A program made the position numbers and the translations under genes. Positions 1-9,727 of a stretch of DNA of 64,000 nt are shown here, piece by piece. The DNA is from a bacterium (GTDB lineage: Bacteria > Patescibacteriota > Minisyncoccia > Phycocordibacterales > Phycocordibacteraceae). Every line of letters starts with the position of its first letter. The stretch's first letter is position 1. The DNA lies in contig DAICZA010000001.1 of assembly GCA_027311385.1 (NCBI GenBank), positions 5,271-69,270 of the forward strand, given 5' to 3'. The notes under the pieces were generated by a model. That model was not told the DNA's origin. It did not search any database and saw only the letters and a list, made by a program, of their open reading frames with translations.

Positions 1-477
1 CTCCTTCTCTCGCTCGGCAAAGATGTCCGCCAGTGCCCCGACTGTTTGCGTTTCTATAACGGTTCCACGGCGCTCGTCTGCAATTATTGCGCAGACGCGC
101 GGCGCGACGACACCCAGCTCCTCCTCGTGGAAAAAGACCAGGATCTCGCCGCCGTGGAGCGCGCCGGCACCTACAAGGGCCGCTATTTCGTCCTCGGCGG
201 CGTGCTGACCCTCACCGGCAAGGGCGCCATCCGCGAAAAAGAATTGGTGAAAGCGGTGGAAAAGCGTCTGAAAAGCAACTTGAGCGAAGTCGTCCTCGCG
301 CTCTCAGCGACAAGCGAGGGCGAACACACGGCCGACCGCGTGCGCGAGCTCCTCGCGCCGTACCGCGACCACCTGAGGATTTCCGTCCTCGGCCGCGGCC
401 TCGCCACCGGCAGCGAGCTGGAATACTCCGACGCCGAGACGCTCCGCGCCGCGCTCACGAACCGCAAAGAAACCTAA
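1..477 (+). CDS. recR: Recombination protein RecR (5'-truncated at window edge)
   Basis: Zn-finger CPDC...CNYC, then Toprim region (YKGRYFVLGG, SATSEGEHTA, GRGLATGSELEYSD). Confidence 0.92.
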   Translation, partial: LLLSLGKDVRQCPDCLRFYNGSTALVCNYCADARRDDTQLLLVEKDQDLAAVERAGTYKGRYFVLGGVLTLTGKGAIREKELVKAVEKRLKSNLSEVVLALSATSEGEHTADRVRELLAPYRDHLRISVLGRGLATGSELEYSDAETLRAALTNRKET

Positions 478-522
478 CCTCCCTCCGAGTAATATGCGGC
501 CGGGACGAACGGCTCTCTTTGT

Positions 523-894
523 ATGGGGCGATTACTCTTTTTTCTCTGCATCGTTGCTCTGTTCGGCTACGCCATGACGACGCTGACGATCTCCCGGGGG
601 AACGTGGCGGTCGCATCCGCGGCGCAGGGCGTGTCGGTGCTTGACGCGGTGACGGCGATTTCAGCGGATTTTACTGAAACGGGAACGCTCGTATTCTATC
701 CGAATAACACCGGCCCGGTGCCGTACCTCTTCTATCAGAATCCGAACGGAAGCACCGTGGCAAAGGCGCTCGTGTTCCCCTACTCATCTCCAAATGACTT
801 TTCTTCGTGGGTCGGTGCGCAGATTTCCGTAACGGGGCACGTCAACAGCGAACATGTCATCGTCAGCACTATCACCTACCTCTCCGCACCGTGA
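523..894 (+). CDS. Hypothetical membrane-anchored/exported protein
   Basis: 123-aa ORF with N-terminal hydrophobic segment. Confidence 0.6.
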   Translation: MGRLLFFLCIVALFGYAMTTLTISRGNVAVASAAQGVSVLDAVTAISADFTETGTLVFYPNNTGPVPYLFYQNPNGSTVAKALVFPYSSPNDFSSWVGAQISVTGHVNSEHVIVSTITYLSAP

Positions 895-895
895 T

Positions 896-1414
896 TCACG
901 CGTGCGTGTATAAAAGCTTCAGTTTCTCCAGTCCCCGATGCAGCTGCACGGCGATAGTATTTTTAGATTGTCCGGTGATAAGCGACATCTCGGTGAGCGA
1001 GAGGTCTTGCACATAGCGCATACGCAGTACCTTCCGGTACCGTTCGGGAAGCTGTTGGATGAGGAGCATCGCCGCCTTTCCGTCCAGGATGCTGAACAGA
1101 CGTTCGGTGTTGTCCTTTTCTCTCGGCTCATACCCTTTCTCCAGGAGCACATCAAGCGACGTTGTCTTGCGCTTCCGGTACTCGTCCACAATGAGGTTAT
1201 TGAGAATGTGGTAGAGAAACGCCTTCATCGTATCAATCTTTCCGCCTTTAACGAGATATTTCCACGTTTTCATAAAAGTGTCTTGCACCAGGTCTTCGCC
1301 CATTTCCTGGCTGTGCGTCTTAAAAAAGGCGTGAGCATTGAGCCCTCCCGCGTAGTTGCGGTAGGCCGTGGTTAACACCACTTGTCGCCGCGTCTCTCGC
1401 TGTGTAGGAGCCAT
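896..1414 (-). CDS. ECF-type RNA polymerase sigma factor
   Basis: Region 2 (EDLVQDTFMKTW, FLYHILNNLIVDEYRK) and region 4 HTH (LPERYRKVL...SLTEMSLITGQSKNTIAVQLHRG). Confidence 0.88.
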   Translation of the reverse strand: MAPTQRETRRQVVLTTAYRNYAGGLNAHAFFKTHSQEMGEDLVQDTFMKTWKYLVKGGKIDTMKAFLYHILNNLIVDEYRKRKTTSLDVLLEKGYEPREKDNTERLFSILDGKAAMLLIQQLPERYRKVLRMRYVQDLSLTEMSLITGQSKNTIAVQLHRGLEKLKLLYTHA

Positions 1415-1608
1415 ATGAGTGAAGACGGATGCTTCAGTACCCTATGACACATATATTACAATCGCACTGAACTGCTGAGGAGAAAATCCGCACCGGCATT
1501 ACAGAAATGTTGCGCCGAAGGGAAAAGAAGCACCCGAACTCCAGCATACCCCAAAATGCCGTTCAAGGCAACTTGCAATAACTCCGGCTCTTCTGCGGCG
1601 TAGGTAGT

Positions 1609-2190
1609 ATGGAAACAATAAAAAAGAGTGCGGTACAACCCCGCAGCCCGGTTGGAGTCGACTTTGTTGAGCTGTTGTGGGAAAAGAGCTGGATCTATAT
1701 CAAAACCGTCGTTGATGTCGTCCGTGAGCCAATCCTCATCCTGGATAAGGACCTCCGCGTTATGGCGGCCAACGATTCGTTCTACCGCACCTTCCAGGTG
1801 GAATTGGAAGATACCGAGAAGAGGGTCGTCTACGAGCTCGGGAACGGGCAGTGGAATATTCCCGCGCTCCGGAAACTGCTGGAGGATATCTTGCCTAAAA
1901 ATACGTTTTTCAAAGGATTTGAAGTTGACCATGAGTTCCCGTTCATCGGGCGCAAAGTGATGATTCTGAACGCCCGCGAGATACATTTCAAGGAAGACAC
2001 GTCCTCAAAAGATTTCCCGCCTATCATCCTGCTCGCCATTGAAGACGTCACCGATATGATGGTGGTCGCCGAGACGCTTGCCGACCACACGAAGCAGACT
2101 GTGGCACGGTTTATGGAACGGACGCACGGGCTGGAAATCCATATAAAGAAACTGGAGAAAGAAATCAAGACGCTCAAAAAGAAGCCCTGA
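1609..2190 (+). CDS. Stand-alone PAS-domain protein
   Basis: VREPILILDKDLRVMAANDSFYRTF...YELGNGQWNIPALRKLLEDILP, resembling the PAS fold of CheR/CheB fusions and sensor kinases; C-terminal coiled coil. Confidence 0.75.
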   Translation: METIKKSAVQPRSPVGVDFVELLWEKSWIYIKTVVDVVREPILILDKDLRVMAANDSFYRTFQVELEDTEKRVVYELGNGQWNIPALRKLLEDILPKNTFFKGFEVDHEFPFIGRKVMILNAREIHFKEDTSSKDFPPIILLAIEDVTDMMVVAETLADHTKQTVARFMERTHGLEIHIKKLEKEIKTLKKKP

Positions 2191-2292
2191 CGCCGTCTGT
2201 ACTGACTGTAATATTCCCCTCGCTTGGGCGGCTTATTTGTAGAGCATTACAGGGCAAAAGGTCGAATTACCTACATAAATAACACAACTCCT

Positions 2293-3546
2293 ATGAACAA
2301 AATCAATACATTCTCAAAGAACATAGCAACTATAGCCGCCTTCTTCGCGCTCAGTCTGGCCGGCCCGAGTGCCGCGTTTGCGGCCACAGCACCTGACCTT
2401 GGGGCGGCTACCGGCTACTCTCTGTATGGCGATGCGGGAGTGACGAATACCGGTGCGGGGACTCATGTTTGGGGGAATGTTGGTGACAACAGTCTCGGTC
2501 ATCCCGGTCTTCTTGGAACACAAGTAGATGGAACGATAGATGCCGGCGTCGGAGTCGCTGGTGCTGCAGGAACAGCGTACGGCGCCCTCGATGCTCAAGG
2601 AGCTACGGGGAATCTCGACTTGGCCGGGACTCACACCGTTACGCCTGGCGTCTATACGGTCGGAGCGACGACATTGAATGGCACGCTCACCCTTGATGGT
2701 GCGGGCGTCTATATCTTCCGGAGCTCGTCCAGTATCTCTACGTCTGGCGCGGGAACGATGAATTTGATTAACGGTGCGACGGCATGCAACGTGTTTTGGC
2801 AGATTCCTACCTCTATGACAATCGGCACGGGTACGCACATGGAAGGAACGATTATCGCGCAAACCGGTCTCATCTCACTCGGAACGGACGCAACATTGGT
2901 TGGTCGAGCATTGGCGCATACTCAAGTGACGCTCGACAGCAACCAAGTCACCGAACCGACATGCGTGACGCCTCCTCCTCCCTCTTCGGGAACAGGCGGC
3001 AGCAGCACCGGCGCTCTCTACTTCCCGCTACTGCCGGCCATCAGCATTCTGAAGGCGCCGAATCCTTCAGTTCTTCCTCTCGGACCCGGACCCGTTACCT
3101 ATACCTACACCGTCACCAATCCGGGCAAGGTCGCACTGAACACCGTGTGGGTCAAAGACAATAAATGTGCTCCCGTGCAATACGTCTCCGGCGATACCAA
3201 TAGCAATGGATTGCTTGATTTGAGTGAGACGTGGACGTACACCTGCACAAAAACAGTTTCTCAGACGGAAACGGATACCGCGACCGCTCACGGGTACGGC
3301 GTCGCTCTGCGTATGGACGTGTACGCTACCGCGAACGCAACAGTCGTGGTATCCGCCCCGACGGTTACCGGAGAAGTGCTCGGCACTTCAACAAGCACGG
3401 TGCCTGTTGTGCCCGCTGTCCCCAGTTTCCCTAACACCGGATTCCCTCCTCAAGACACCACTCCGTGGATTATGCTTGTGCTCTCCGGCGTGCTTCTCGC
3501 GGCGTCAGTCTCGCTGACTATCGCCTTCAAGAAACGCGCGGAATAG
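2293..3546 (+). CDS. Ice-binding-family (DUF3494) surface protein with Ig-like domain and sortase sorting signal
   Basis: Signal peptide; DUF3494 motifs (TPGVY, LTLDGAGVYIF, ACNVFWQI, GRALA..QVTLDSN); C-terminal FPNTG + hydrophobic helix + KKR. Confidence 0.85.
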   Translation: MNKINTFSKNIATIAAFFALSLAGPSAAFAATAPDLGAATGYSLYGDAGVTNTGAGTHVWGNVGDNSLGHPGLLGTQVDGTIDAGVGVAGAAGTAYGALDAQGATGNLDLAGTHTVTPGVYTVGATTLNGTLTLDGAGVYIFRSSSSISTSGAGTMNLINGATACNVFWQIPTSMTIGTGTHMEGTIIAQTGLISLGTDATLVGRALAHTQVTLDSNQVTEPTCVTPPPPSSGTGGSSTGALYFPLLPAISILKAPNPSVLPLGPGPVTYTYTVTNPGKVALNTVWVKDNKCAPVQYVSGDTNSNGLLDLSETWTYTCTKTVSQTETDTATAHGYGVALRMDVYATANATVVVSAPTVTGEVLGTSTSTVPVVPAVPSFPNTGFPPQDTTPWIMLVLSGVLLAASVSLTIAFKKRAE

Positions 3547-3565
3547 CCACGGCGTCCACCCCACT

Positions 3566-4171
3566 ATGCGGCCGGGAATCTCATTGCGGCGCTCGCTGTT
3601 CGCGGTCGGCATTGCGGGAATCGTATGCTCCGCGGCGGCCATATACCTTCTGACGTCTGCCGCGCCCGGACGGAACTCCTCCACGGGGATGAGCCCGCCC
3701 CCGCTCGGCCAGGTCACACAAGCGGACGCGGGACTTCCCGTCCGCCTCATCATCCCGAAGATTCACGTTGACGCAGCGATTGAACATCTGGGCCTGACGC
3801 CCGAGGGAGCGATGGCGGTACCGGCGGGCCCCGCGGATGTTGCGTGGTATGATCTCGGACCGCGTCCCGGAGAAATAGGGAGCGCGGTTATCGCGGGACA
3901 CGTCGGATGGAAAGACAATATCCGCGCCGCATTTGATAGTGTGGCTTCCCTACGACCGGGAGACACGCTCTTTGTGGAGGACGCTCAAGGAGCATCGGTC
4001 ACGTTTGTCGTGCGCGAACTGCGTATGTATGACCAGAATCAGAACGACTCGGACGTGTTCACTTCAACCGACGGGAAAGCGCATCTTAATCTCATTGCTT
4101 GCGAAGGCGTCTGGGACGCGGCCACAAAAAGCTACTCAAAACGGCTCGTGATATTTACCGATAAAGAATAA
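3566..4171 (+). CDS. Class F sortase
   Basis: PVRLIIPKI, WY..GPRPGEIGSAVIAGH, LNLIAC, KRLVIF catalytic motifs. Confidence 0.88.
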   Translation: MRPGISLRRSLFAVGIAGIVCSAAAIYLLTSAAPGRNSSTGMSPPPLGQVTQADAGLPVRLIIPKIHVDAAIEHLGLTPEGAMAVPAGPADVAWYDLGPRPGEIGSAVIAGHVGWKDNIRAAFDSVASLRPGDTLFVEDAQGASVTFVVRELRMYDQNQNDSDVFTSTDGKAHLNLIACEGVWDAATKSYSKRLVIFTDKE

Positions 4172-4181
4172 TGCCCACATA

Positions 4182-4212
4182 CAAAAGCGCCCCCGTCACG
4201 GGAGCGCTTTTG
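4182..4212. terminator. Bidirectional intrinsic terminator
   Basis: CAAAAGCGC...GCGCTTTTG hairpin with T-run between convergent genes. Confidence 0.7.
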
Positions 4213-4229
4213 TTTTTTTGTAAAATAGG

Positions 4230-5579
4230 TTAGTACCGCTCCTGGACGAAGGTCAGCGCCTTCCCCTTCATATCCGCGCGGCCGGTGCGGCCGATGCGGT
4301 GCACGTAGTCCTCGTAGGTGGACGGCAAGTCGTAGTTGATGACGTGCGAGACGGCGGGGATGTCAATGCCGCGGGCGGCGACGTCGGTCGCCACGAGCAC
4401 ACTCACCTTCCCCGCCTTGAAGGCCTCCAGCGCCCGCTGGCGCGCGCCCTGCGTCTTATTGCCGTGGATGCTCTCCGCGTGGATGTGGAGACGCGAGAGC
4501 GCCTTGGCGAGCTTCTCCACGCCGAACTTCGTGCGGCCGAAGACGAGTACACGGCTGAAGTCGCGGTCCTTGAGCAATTCGGCGAGCACCTCAAATTTAT
4601 CCTTCCCGCGCGGGATGCGGACGACGTCCTGGTCAATGCTCGACGGCGTGTCGCGCGTCTTGACCGAGATGATGACGGGGCTTGAAAGGAAGTCGCCGAT
4701 GAGTTTCTCAATGTCCTTCCCCATCGTCGCCGAGAAGAAGAGCGTGTGGCGCTCCTTGCGCATCTTGGAGAGGATGAGGCGCATATCATCAATAAAGCCC
4801 ATATCCAGCATACGGTCCGCCTCGTCCAGCACGACGGTGCCGAACTGGGTTAAGACGAGCGCCTTGCGCTCCAGGAGGTCTTTCAAACGGCCCGGCGTGC
4901 CGATGACGAAGGCCGGGTCGTGCTTCAACTGGGAGATCTGCGGGCCGATGTTGGCGCCGCCGACCGCGACCATGCCGCGGAAGCCGAGGCCCCGGGCGAA
5001 GCCGGCGAGCTCTTTCTCTATCTGCACCGCGAGTTCGCGGGTCGGCGCCATAATGAGAATGCGCTCGCCTTTCTGCTTCATCACCTTATCAATGAGCGGG
5101 ATGAGGAACGCCGCGGTCTTACCGGTACCGGTCGCGGCGAGACCGACGATATCCTGCCCGAGAAGTGCGTGTGGAATGGCCTTATCCTGAATAGGCGTCG
5201 GGTTCTCGTACTTATGAGCGAGGATGTTCGCCTTTAGGTGCGCATTGATGTCAAAATCGGCGAATGTGTGCTCCGGCACGAACACCGGCTCCGAGGTCGT
5301 CACGACCGATTTGTTCATAAACTTGGAGATTTCCGCCTCCGTTTCGCCGAACGAGCCGAAGCCACCGCGCTTCCCTCCCCCGCGGCCGCCGAAACGCTGC
5401 GGGCGAGCTCCGTAGCCCCCGCGTGCGCCGTAACCGCCCTTGGACGAATACCGGCCCGCCGGTGCGCCAAAACTACCGCGTCCCGTTGAACGCGGCGAAT
5501 ACGGCCGGCTCGTGCCGCCGCTTCTTTGTGCTCCTGACGAGCTGCCTGCTGACTGATGATTCCATCTTCCTATTTGCAT
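4230..5579 (-). CDS. DEAD-box RNA helicase with RGG-rich N-terminus
   Basis: PTPIQ, ATGTGKT, PTRELA, DEAD, SAT, ARGID, HRIGRTGR motifs. Confidence 0.95.
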   Translation of the reverse strand: MQIGRWNHQSAGSSSGAQRSGGTSRPYSPRSTGRGSFGAPAGRYSSKGGYGARGGYGARPQRFGGRGGGKRGGFGSFGETEAEISKFMNKSVVTTSEPVFVPEHTFADFDINAHLKANILAHKYENPTPIQDKAIPHALLGQDIVGLAATGTGKTAAFLIPLIDKVMKQKGERILIMAPTRELAVQIEKELAGFARGLGFRGMVAVGGANIGPQISQLKHDPAFVIGTPGRLKDLLERKALVLTQFGTVVLDEADRMLDMGFIDDMRLILSKMRKERHTLFFSATMGKDIEKLIGDFLSSPVIISVKTRDTPSSIDQDVVRIPRGKDKFEVLAELLKDRDFSRVLVFGRTKFGVEKLAKALSRLHIHAESIHGNKTQGARQRALEAFKAGKVSVLVATDVAARGIDIPAVSHVINYDLPSTYEDYVHRIGRTGRADMKGKALTFVQERY

Positions 5580-5664
5580 GTGATATGTGAGTGAATAGTA
5601 ACTAAAACGAAGCAACGCAAGGCAAACGCCTTTTGCGGTGAAGTCTGTTCTCTAAAACGAAAAG

Positions 5665-5982
5665 TTAGGAGATAGAATCTATCTTCACTTTCAAGACCGG
5701 CTGGCGGTGGCCGACGCGCTTGTAGTAGCGGCTCTTCGGCTTGTATTTCACCACCTCAACTTTCTTGGCCTTCCCGGCGAGAACAACGGTGCCCTTGACC
5801 TCTGCGCCCTTAATGACGGGCGTACCGATGGTCGTGTCCGAGCCGTTGTCCACGAGGAGCACCTCGCCAAAGACAACCGTGTCACCCTTCTTCAAATCCC
5901 CCGGGAGCTTCTCAATAGCGATAGTGTCGCCCTTTGAGACGACATACTGCTTCCCGCCGGTCTTGATTACGGCCACTTCCAT
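5665..5982 (-). CDS. rplU: 50S ribosomal protein L21
   Basis: AVIKTGGKQY...GHRQ signature. Confidence 0.97.
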   Translation of the reverse strand: MEVAVIKTGGKQYVVSKGDTIAIEKLPGDLKKGDTVVFGEVLLVDNGSDTTIGTPVIKGAEVKGTVVLAGKAKKVEVVKYKPKSRYYKRVGHRQPVLKVKIDSIS

Positions 5983-6199
5983 AGTCCCGCCAATATAGCA
6001 TTTCTGCCCCCAATAGGCAAGCTTTGGGCTTCTGTGGTAGATTCTGAGGGCGCAGACCGTACTCTATTCCGCCCCACAAAGGCTGGGCCAGAGCATAGCG
6101 CACTGTCCGGGTGACAACGTCCGGACTTCCCGCCACGGAGAAGAGGTTGTACGGATTCCAAACCCGTAGCTCCCCCTCGACCTTCTCCGTGGCGTTTTT

Positions 6200-7240
6200 T
6201 TATTCCTCAGAGGTAACCGGCTTATCAAGCAACTCCGGCTCAATACCGATCTTTGACTCCGCGATGCGGTACACATCTTTATCTATTTTCCCAAGCTCTT
6301 TGTAGCCGCTGTTGTAGTGCGACACGCTTGTGCCGAGCGCGACGCCGAGCTTACGGTAAAACTCCTCGTAGGTGCCGATGTGCTTGCCCAGCTCCCCTAC
6401 CCGTTTCTGGATGTCTGCGGCCTTTTCTTCTATCTGGAGCGCTTTCAGCCCCTGCATGACCGTCTGGAGGTACGCGAGGAACGACGTCGGCGAGACAATG
6501 ATGACTTTGTACTTGCTCGCCGCTCGCTGTATGAGGTTCTCTTCGTCACCACCCCCGCCGATTTGGTTGGTTAGGAGGTCGTAGTAAATGCCCTCAGAGG
6601 GTATGAACATGAAGGCGAAGTCCATTGTGTCTTCCTCTGGGCGGATGTATTTGGCCGTCTCGGTGATGCGGAGCTTGAGGTCGTTTACAAACGCCTTCTC
6701 GGCGGCCGCGCGCTCGGGCGTCCCTACCTGTGCGCTCACGAAGCGGTTGTAGTTATCCAGGGAGAATTTGGAGTCTACCGGCACAAGCTTTTTATTGATG
6801 ACGATGACGGCGTCCACGATTTCGCCGTTCTTAAACGGGTACTGGATTTTGTAGTCCTCCGGCGACATCACGTTCCGCAAAACAGTTTCCAGATAATACT
6901 CGCCCAAGATACCGCGCTGTTTAGGATTCTTAAGCAAGTCCTGGAGCGACTGGAGCTGTTCGGCATAGGTCTGCGTCTGCCGGCCGATTTCTTTTACCGA
7001 CGTGAGCTCGGTGGTGATTTCCTTGATGAGCCGCGACGATTCCGAAAATTGCCGGTGGGCATTCTCCTGCATCGTGCGTGACGATTCCGAGACGCGCGCG
7101 TCCAGCGTGCGTGCGAGCTCCTGCATCTGCTGCTGGAGGAGGACCATACCGCTTCCCTCCTGCTCCGGCGTTTTGCGGCTCAAGAGGAAATACACCAAGA
7201 CGACGACCGCAACGGCGAGAATGATAGTCACGATATCCAT
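6200..7240 (-). CDS. rmuC: DNA recombination protein RmuC family
   Basis: TM anchor, coiled coil, RGILGE, VDSKF, DFAFMFIPSE, VSPTS motifs. Confidence 0.9.
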   Translation of the reverse strand: MDIVTIILAVAVVVLVYFLLSRKTPEQEGSGMVLLQQQMQELARTLDARVSESSRTMQENAHRQFSESSRLIKEITTELTSVKEIGRQTQTYAEQLQSLQDLLKNPKQRGILGEYYLETVLRNVMSPEDYKIQYPFKNGEIVDAVIVINKKLVPVDSKFSLDNYNRFVSAQVGTPERAAAEKAFVNDLKLRITETAKYIRPEEDTMDFAFMFIPSEGIYYDLLTNQIGGGGDEENLIQRAASKYKVIIVSPTSFLAYLQTVMQGLKALQIEEKAADIQKRVGELGKHIGTYEEFYRKLGVALGTSVSHYNSGYKELGKIDKDVYRIAESKIGIEPELLDKPVTSEE

Positions 7241-7324
7241 GCCTGTAGTATACCAGTATGCAAAAAGAAACCGGCGCTGATGCGTCGGTGTTTTAAGAAT
7301 GCTCTAGCGGCGATTTATTTGAGC

Positions 7325-7852
7325 TTAGGATTGTTTTGGACGCGGTGAGCAGCGGATTTTCCCCGATTCGACAGATAAGACCGATGAGGTTTTCCATTGG
7401 GAACCATCGAGCATGTCGACGAGCATCGACCGTCCTATTTTCAGAAAACTGATCTTGACCGTGGAAAAACCGAGAGGTCGGTCATCGCGAACTATCGTTC
7501 TCGTTCCGTCCCTTTCAGCTTTCCCAAGTCGGTATACCGAATTTCTGGTTTTGACGACGATTGCCCGTCTTGGAACTCCGAATCCAGGGAATACCACGAG
7601 ATTCATGATGCGCCCGCCGACACCGAATGCTGCTCCGTTCCATGTCTTCTTTTCTTCCCTGGTCAGTTCCCTTGTTGTTTTCTTTGGGAAATGGACATCA
7701 AAGAAGCCAAAACCGGATAGAAAACGCCCTACCCAGTCGTCTCCGTCCTCGCCATAGACAACGCAAAGCGAGGGAGATTTACGACTAATGTCTCCCGTCG
7801 TGTGGATCGCTTTGGTAGCCATCAAGTAGCGTACCGTTTTCAGTTGTTGCAT
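7325..7852 (-). CDS. Hypothetical protein (lower GC than neighbours)
   Basis: 175-aa ORF preceded by GGAAGGAG RBS. Confidence 0.6.
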   Translation of the reverse strand: MQQLKTVRYLMATKAIHTTGDISRKSPSLCVVYGEDGDDWVGRFLSGFGFFDVHFPKKTTRELTREEKKTWNGAAFGVGGRIMNLVVFPGFGVPRRAIVVKTRNSVYRLGKAERDGTRTIVRDDRPLGFSTVKISFLKIGRSMLVDMLDGSQWKTSSVLSVESGKIRCSPRPKQS

Positions 7853-8012
7853 AGAACTCTCCTTCCGAAGTTGAGTCGCGAATCCTTACTCTTACCCAAG
7901 GTCCTATTCTGGATATACAGAATATTTTTATAAAAGTCAATAGCTCCTGGCGTCCGAAATATGACAGAATCCTGACATTTCACTAGAATTTCGTCATGTT
8001 AGAATTTAGCTT

Positions 8013-8465
8013 ATGATCCACGAAACCCTGAAGCAATCCATCCCCGAGGCGCTCCGCGCCCACGACGAGGTCCGCCTCCGGACGCTCCGCTCGCTCGTGA
8101 CCGCGATGACCAACGAAGTCGTCGCCAAGAAGCGCAAGCCGGACGAATTCCTCACCGACGACGAGGCGCTCGCCGTCTTGAAGCGCGCCGCGAGCCAGCG
8201 CAAAGATTCTATTGAGCAATTTGAAAAAGCCGGCCGCAACGAACTCGCCGAGCCCGAGAAGCTGGAGCTCGCTATCATTGAGTCGTATCTCCCCCAAATG
8301 ATGAGCCGCGACGAGATAGTGCCCATCGCGAAGGCGAAGATGGCGGAACTCGGCGTCTCAAGCAAAGCCGACGCCGGCAAGTTCACCGGTGCGCTGATGA
8401 AAGAACTCAAAGGGAAAGCCGATGGCGCTGATGTGAAGGCGGTTGTGGATTCTCTCCTCTCCTAA
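8013..8465 (+). CDS. GatB/YqeY domain protein
   Basis: RLRTLRSL...KRAASQRKDSIEQFEKAGRNELAE...YLPQ...LKGKADG. Confidence 0.92.
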   Translation: MIHETLKQSIPEALRAHDEVRLRTLRSLVTAMTNEVVAKKRKPDEFLTDDEALAVLKRAASQRKDSIEQFEKAGRNELAEPEKLELAIIESYLPQMMSRDEIVPIAKAKMAELGVSSKADAGKFTGALMKELKGKADGADVKAVVDSLLS

Positions 8466-8645
8466 AAACAGGGCTCTGTGATTGCTTGTGTAGTAACTTC
8501 CACGTTATGTAATTACCGGCTCTGATCGGCACCTCCGGGTGTCGGTTTTGTTTTGATTATAGAACGCCTGTGGATAACTTGCTTTTTTATTACAACTGTG
8601 CTATAGTCTAATCGTTCACGTTCAACGAAGGAAAGGAGGTGTTCC

Positions 8646-8936
8646 TTGAGTACTACTGAGATTCAGAAGTTTACGGAGCGCGAGGCGGAAATGGGTGCCC
8701 GCCACGCACAGTCGATACGCCCCGTATCTGCTACGTTCGACAAACGATTCTTGTGCGAACGTGCAGATCTCGCGAACCAGAAATTGAAGCAGGACCCTCG
8801 CCTGGCCTTTTACCAGGTCATGCGGGAAGTTCTCGGCGACATTCGGGATTACGAGACGCGGCAGGCGTATAACACTGCTATCGCGAAAATGCTCAGCGAA
8901 CGCAGGGTCCTTCAGCGCCAGAAAGTCCCGGCATGA
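8646..8936 (+). CDS. Hypothetical protein
   Basis: TTG start after AAGGAGG RBS; upstream promoter-like sequence; downstream GGGTGGGTTGC/GCAACCCACCC terminator. Confidence 0.6.
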   Translation: MSTTEIQKFTEREAEMGARHAQSIRPVSATFDKRFLCERADLANQKLKQDPRLAFYQVMREVLGDIRDYETRQAYNTAIAKMLSERRVLQRQKVPA

Positions 8937-9042
8937 GAAAAGCCGGCATCAGTTCACGGGTGGGTTGCTCTGCAACCCACCCATTTTGTTTTTATACAGA
9001 AATCCTGATTGACTCCCCGTAAATCGGGAGTAGCATTATCGT

Positions 9043-9417
9043 ATGACATTCCCTTCCTCCGAATCCGGACATAACTCATTGGACGCCGCGGCGCATCAGG
9101 CAATAGAGATACACAACAAGCCGGAACATCTCCTCACCCCGGAAGAAGAAAAACTGCGGAGCGTAGAGCACACAGGCATTGAACTTACCGGCGCTGAACT
9201 CGCCGTTGTAAGGAAGGTCATTTTTGATTGGATGAAAGACACGGAAAGAAAGATTCCCATCCTTGAGCGCTCACTCAATGAAGCGACCGCGGTTAATTCG
9301 GATAGCACTCGGGAAGAATTACGGAAACTTAAGAAAGAACTCGCCTTCCTCAAGCACAACCTCGCAGAGAAACTTTTCCAGAAGGTAGAGGATACTGACA
9401 ACAGAGTGTCTATATAG
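9043..9417 (+). CDS. Hypothetical coiled-coil protein
   Basis: 124-aa ORF with TTGACT...TAGCAT promoter just upstream of ATG. Confidence 0.55.
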   Translation: MTFPSSESGHNSLDAAAHQAIEIHNKPEHLLTPEEEKLRSVEHTGIELTGAELAVVRKVIFDWMKDTERKIPILERSLNEATAVNSDSTREELRKLKKELAFLKHNLAEKLFQKVEDTDNRVSI

Positions 9418-9435
9418 TAGTGTGCACCTATAGAC

Positions 9436-9507
9436 GGCCTCATCGTCTAACGGTTAGGACAGCGCCCTCTCACGGCGTAAATCGGGGTTCGATTCCCCGT
9501 GAGGTCA
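9436..9507 (+). tRNA. tRNA-Glu (CTC)
   Basis: Acceptor GGCCTCA/TGAGGTC, anticodon arm GCGCC-CTCTCAC-GGCGT, T-loop TTCGATT; CCA not encoded. Confidence 0.95.
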
Positions 9508-9727
9508 CAAAAAGACACAAAACTCGGACTGCTCCGAGTTTTGTGTCTTTTTGTGAAGCCGGAGCGATGTGCGAGCAGCAGCGAGCACCGCGAGGCGAGG
9601 TCGAACAGCACTTACGCATTTTGCGAATACGTGGAGCAAAATGCTTAGTGACTGGTGACCACACATTGCAAGGTGTACTGGTCATGTAATGACCGATAAG
9701 CGTACTCGCGGTCCCCGTGAGGTCACA
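9508..9727. repeat. Hairpin-rich segment ending in a direct repeat of the tRNA-Glu 3' end
   Basis: TCCCCGTGAGGTCACA at the tRNA end recurs at 9712-9727; att-like duplication. Confidence 0.6.

Noticed and set aside
6010-6140. RNase P RNA on the minus strand (GGAAGTCCGG...ACAGAAGCC)
   Set aside because: Only partial motif similarity; the P4 partner and length are not convincing by eye
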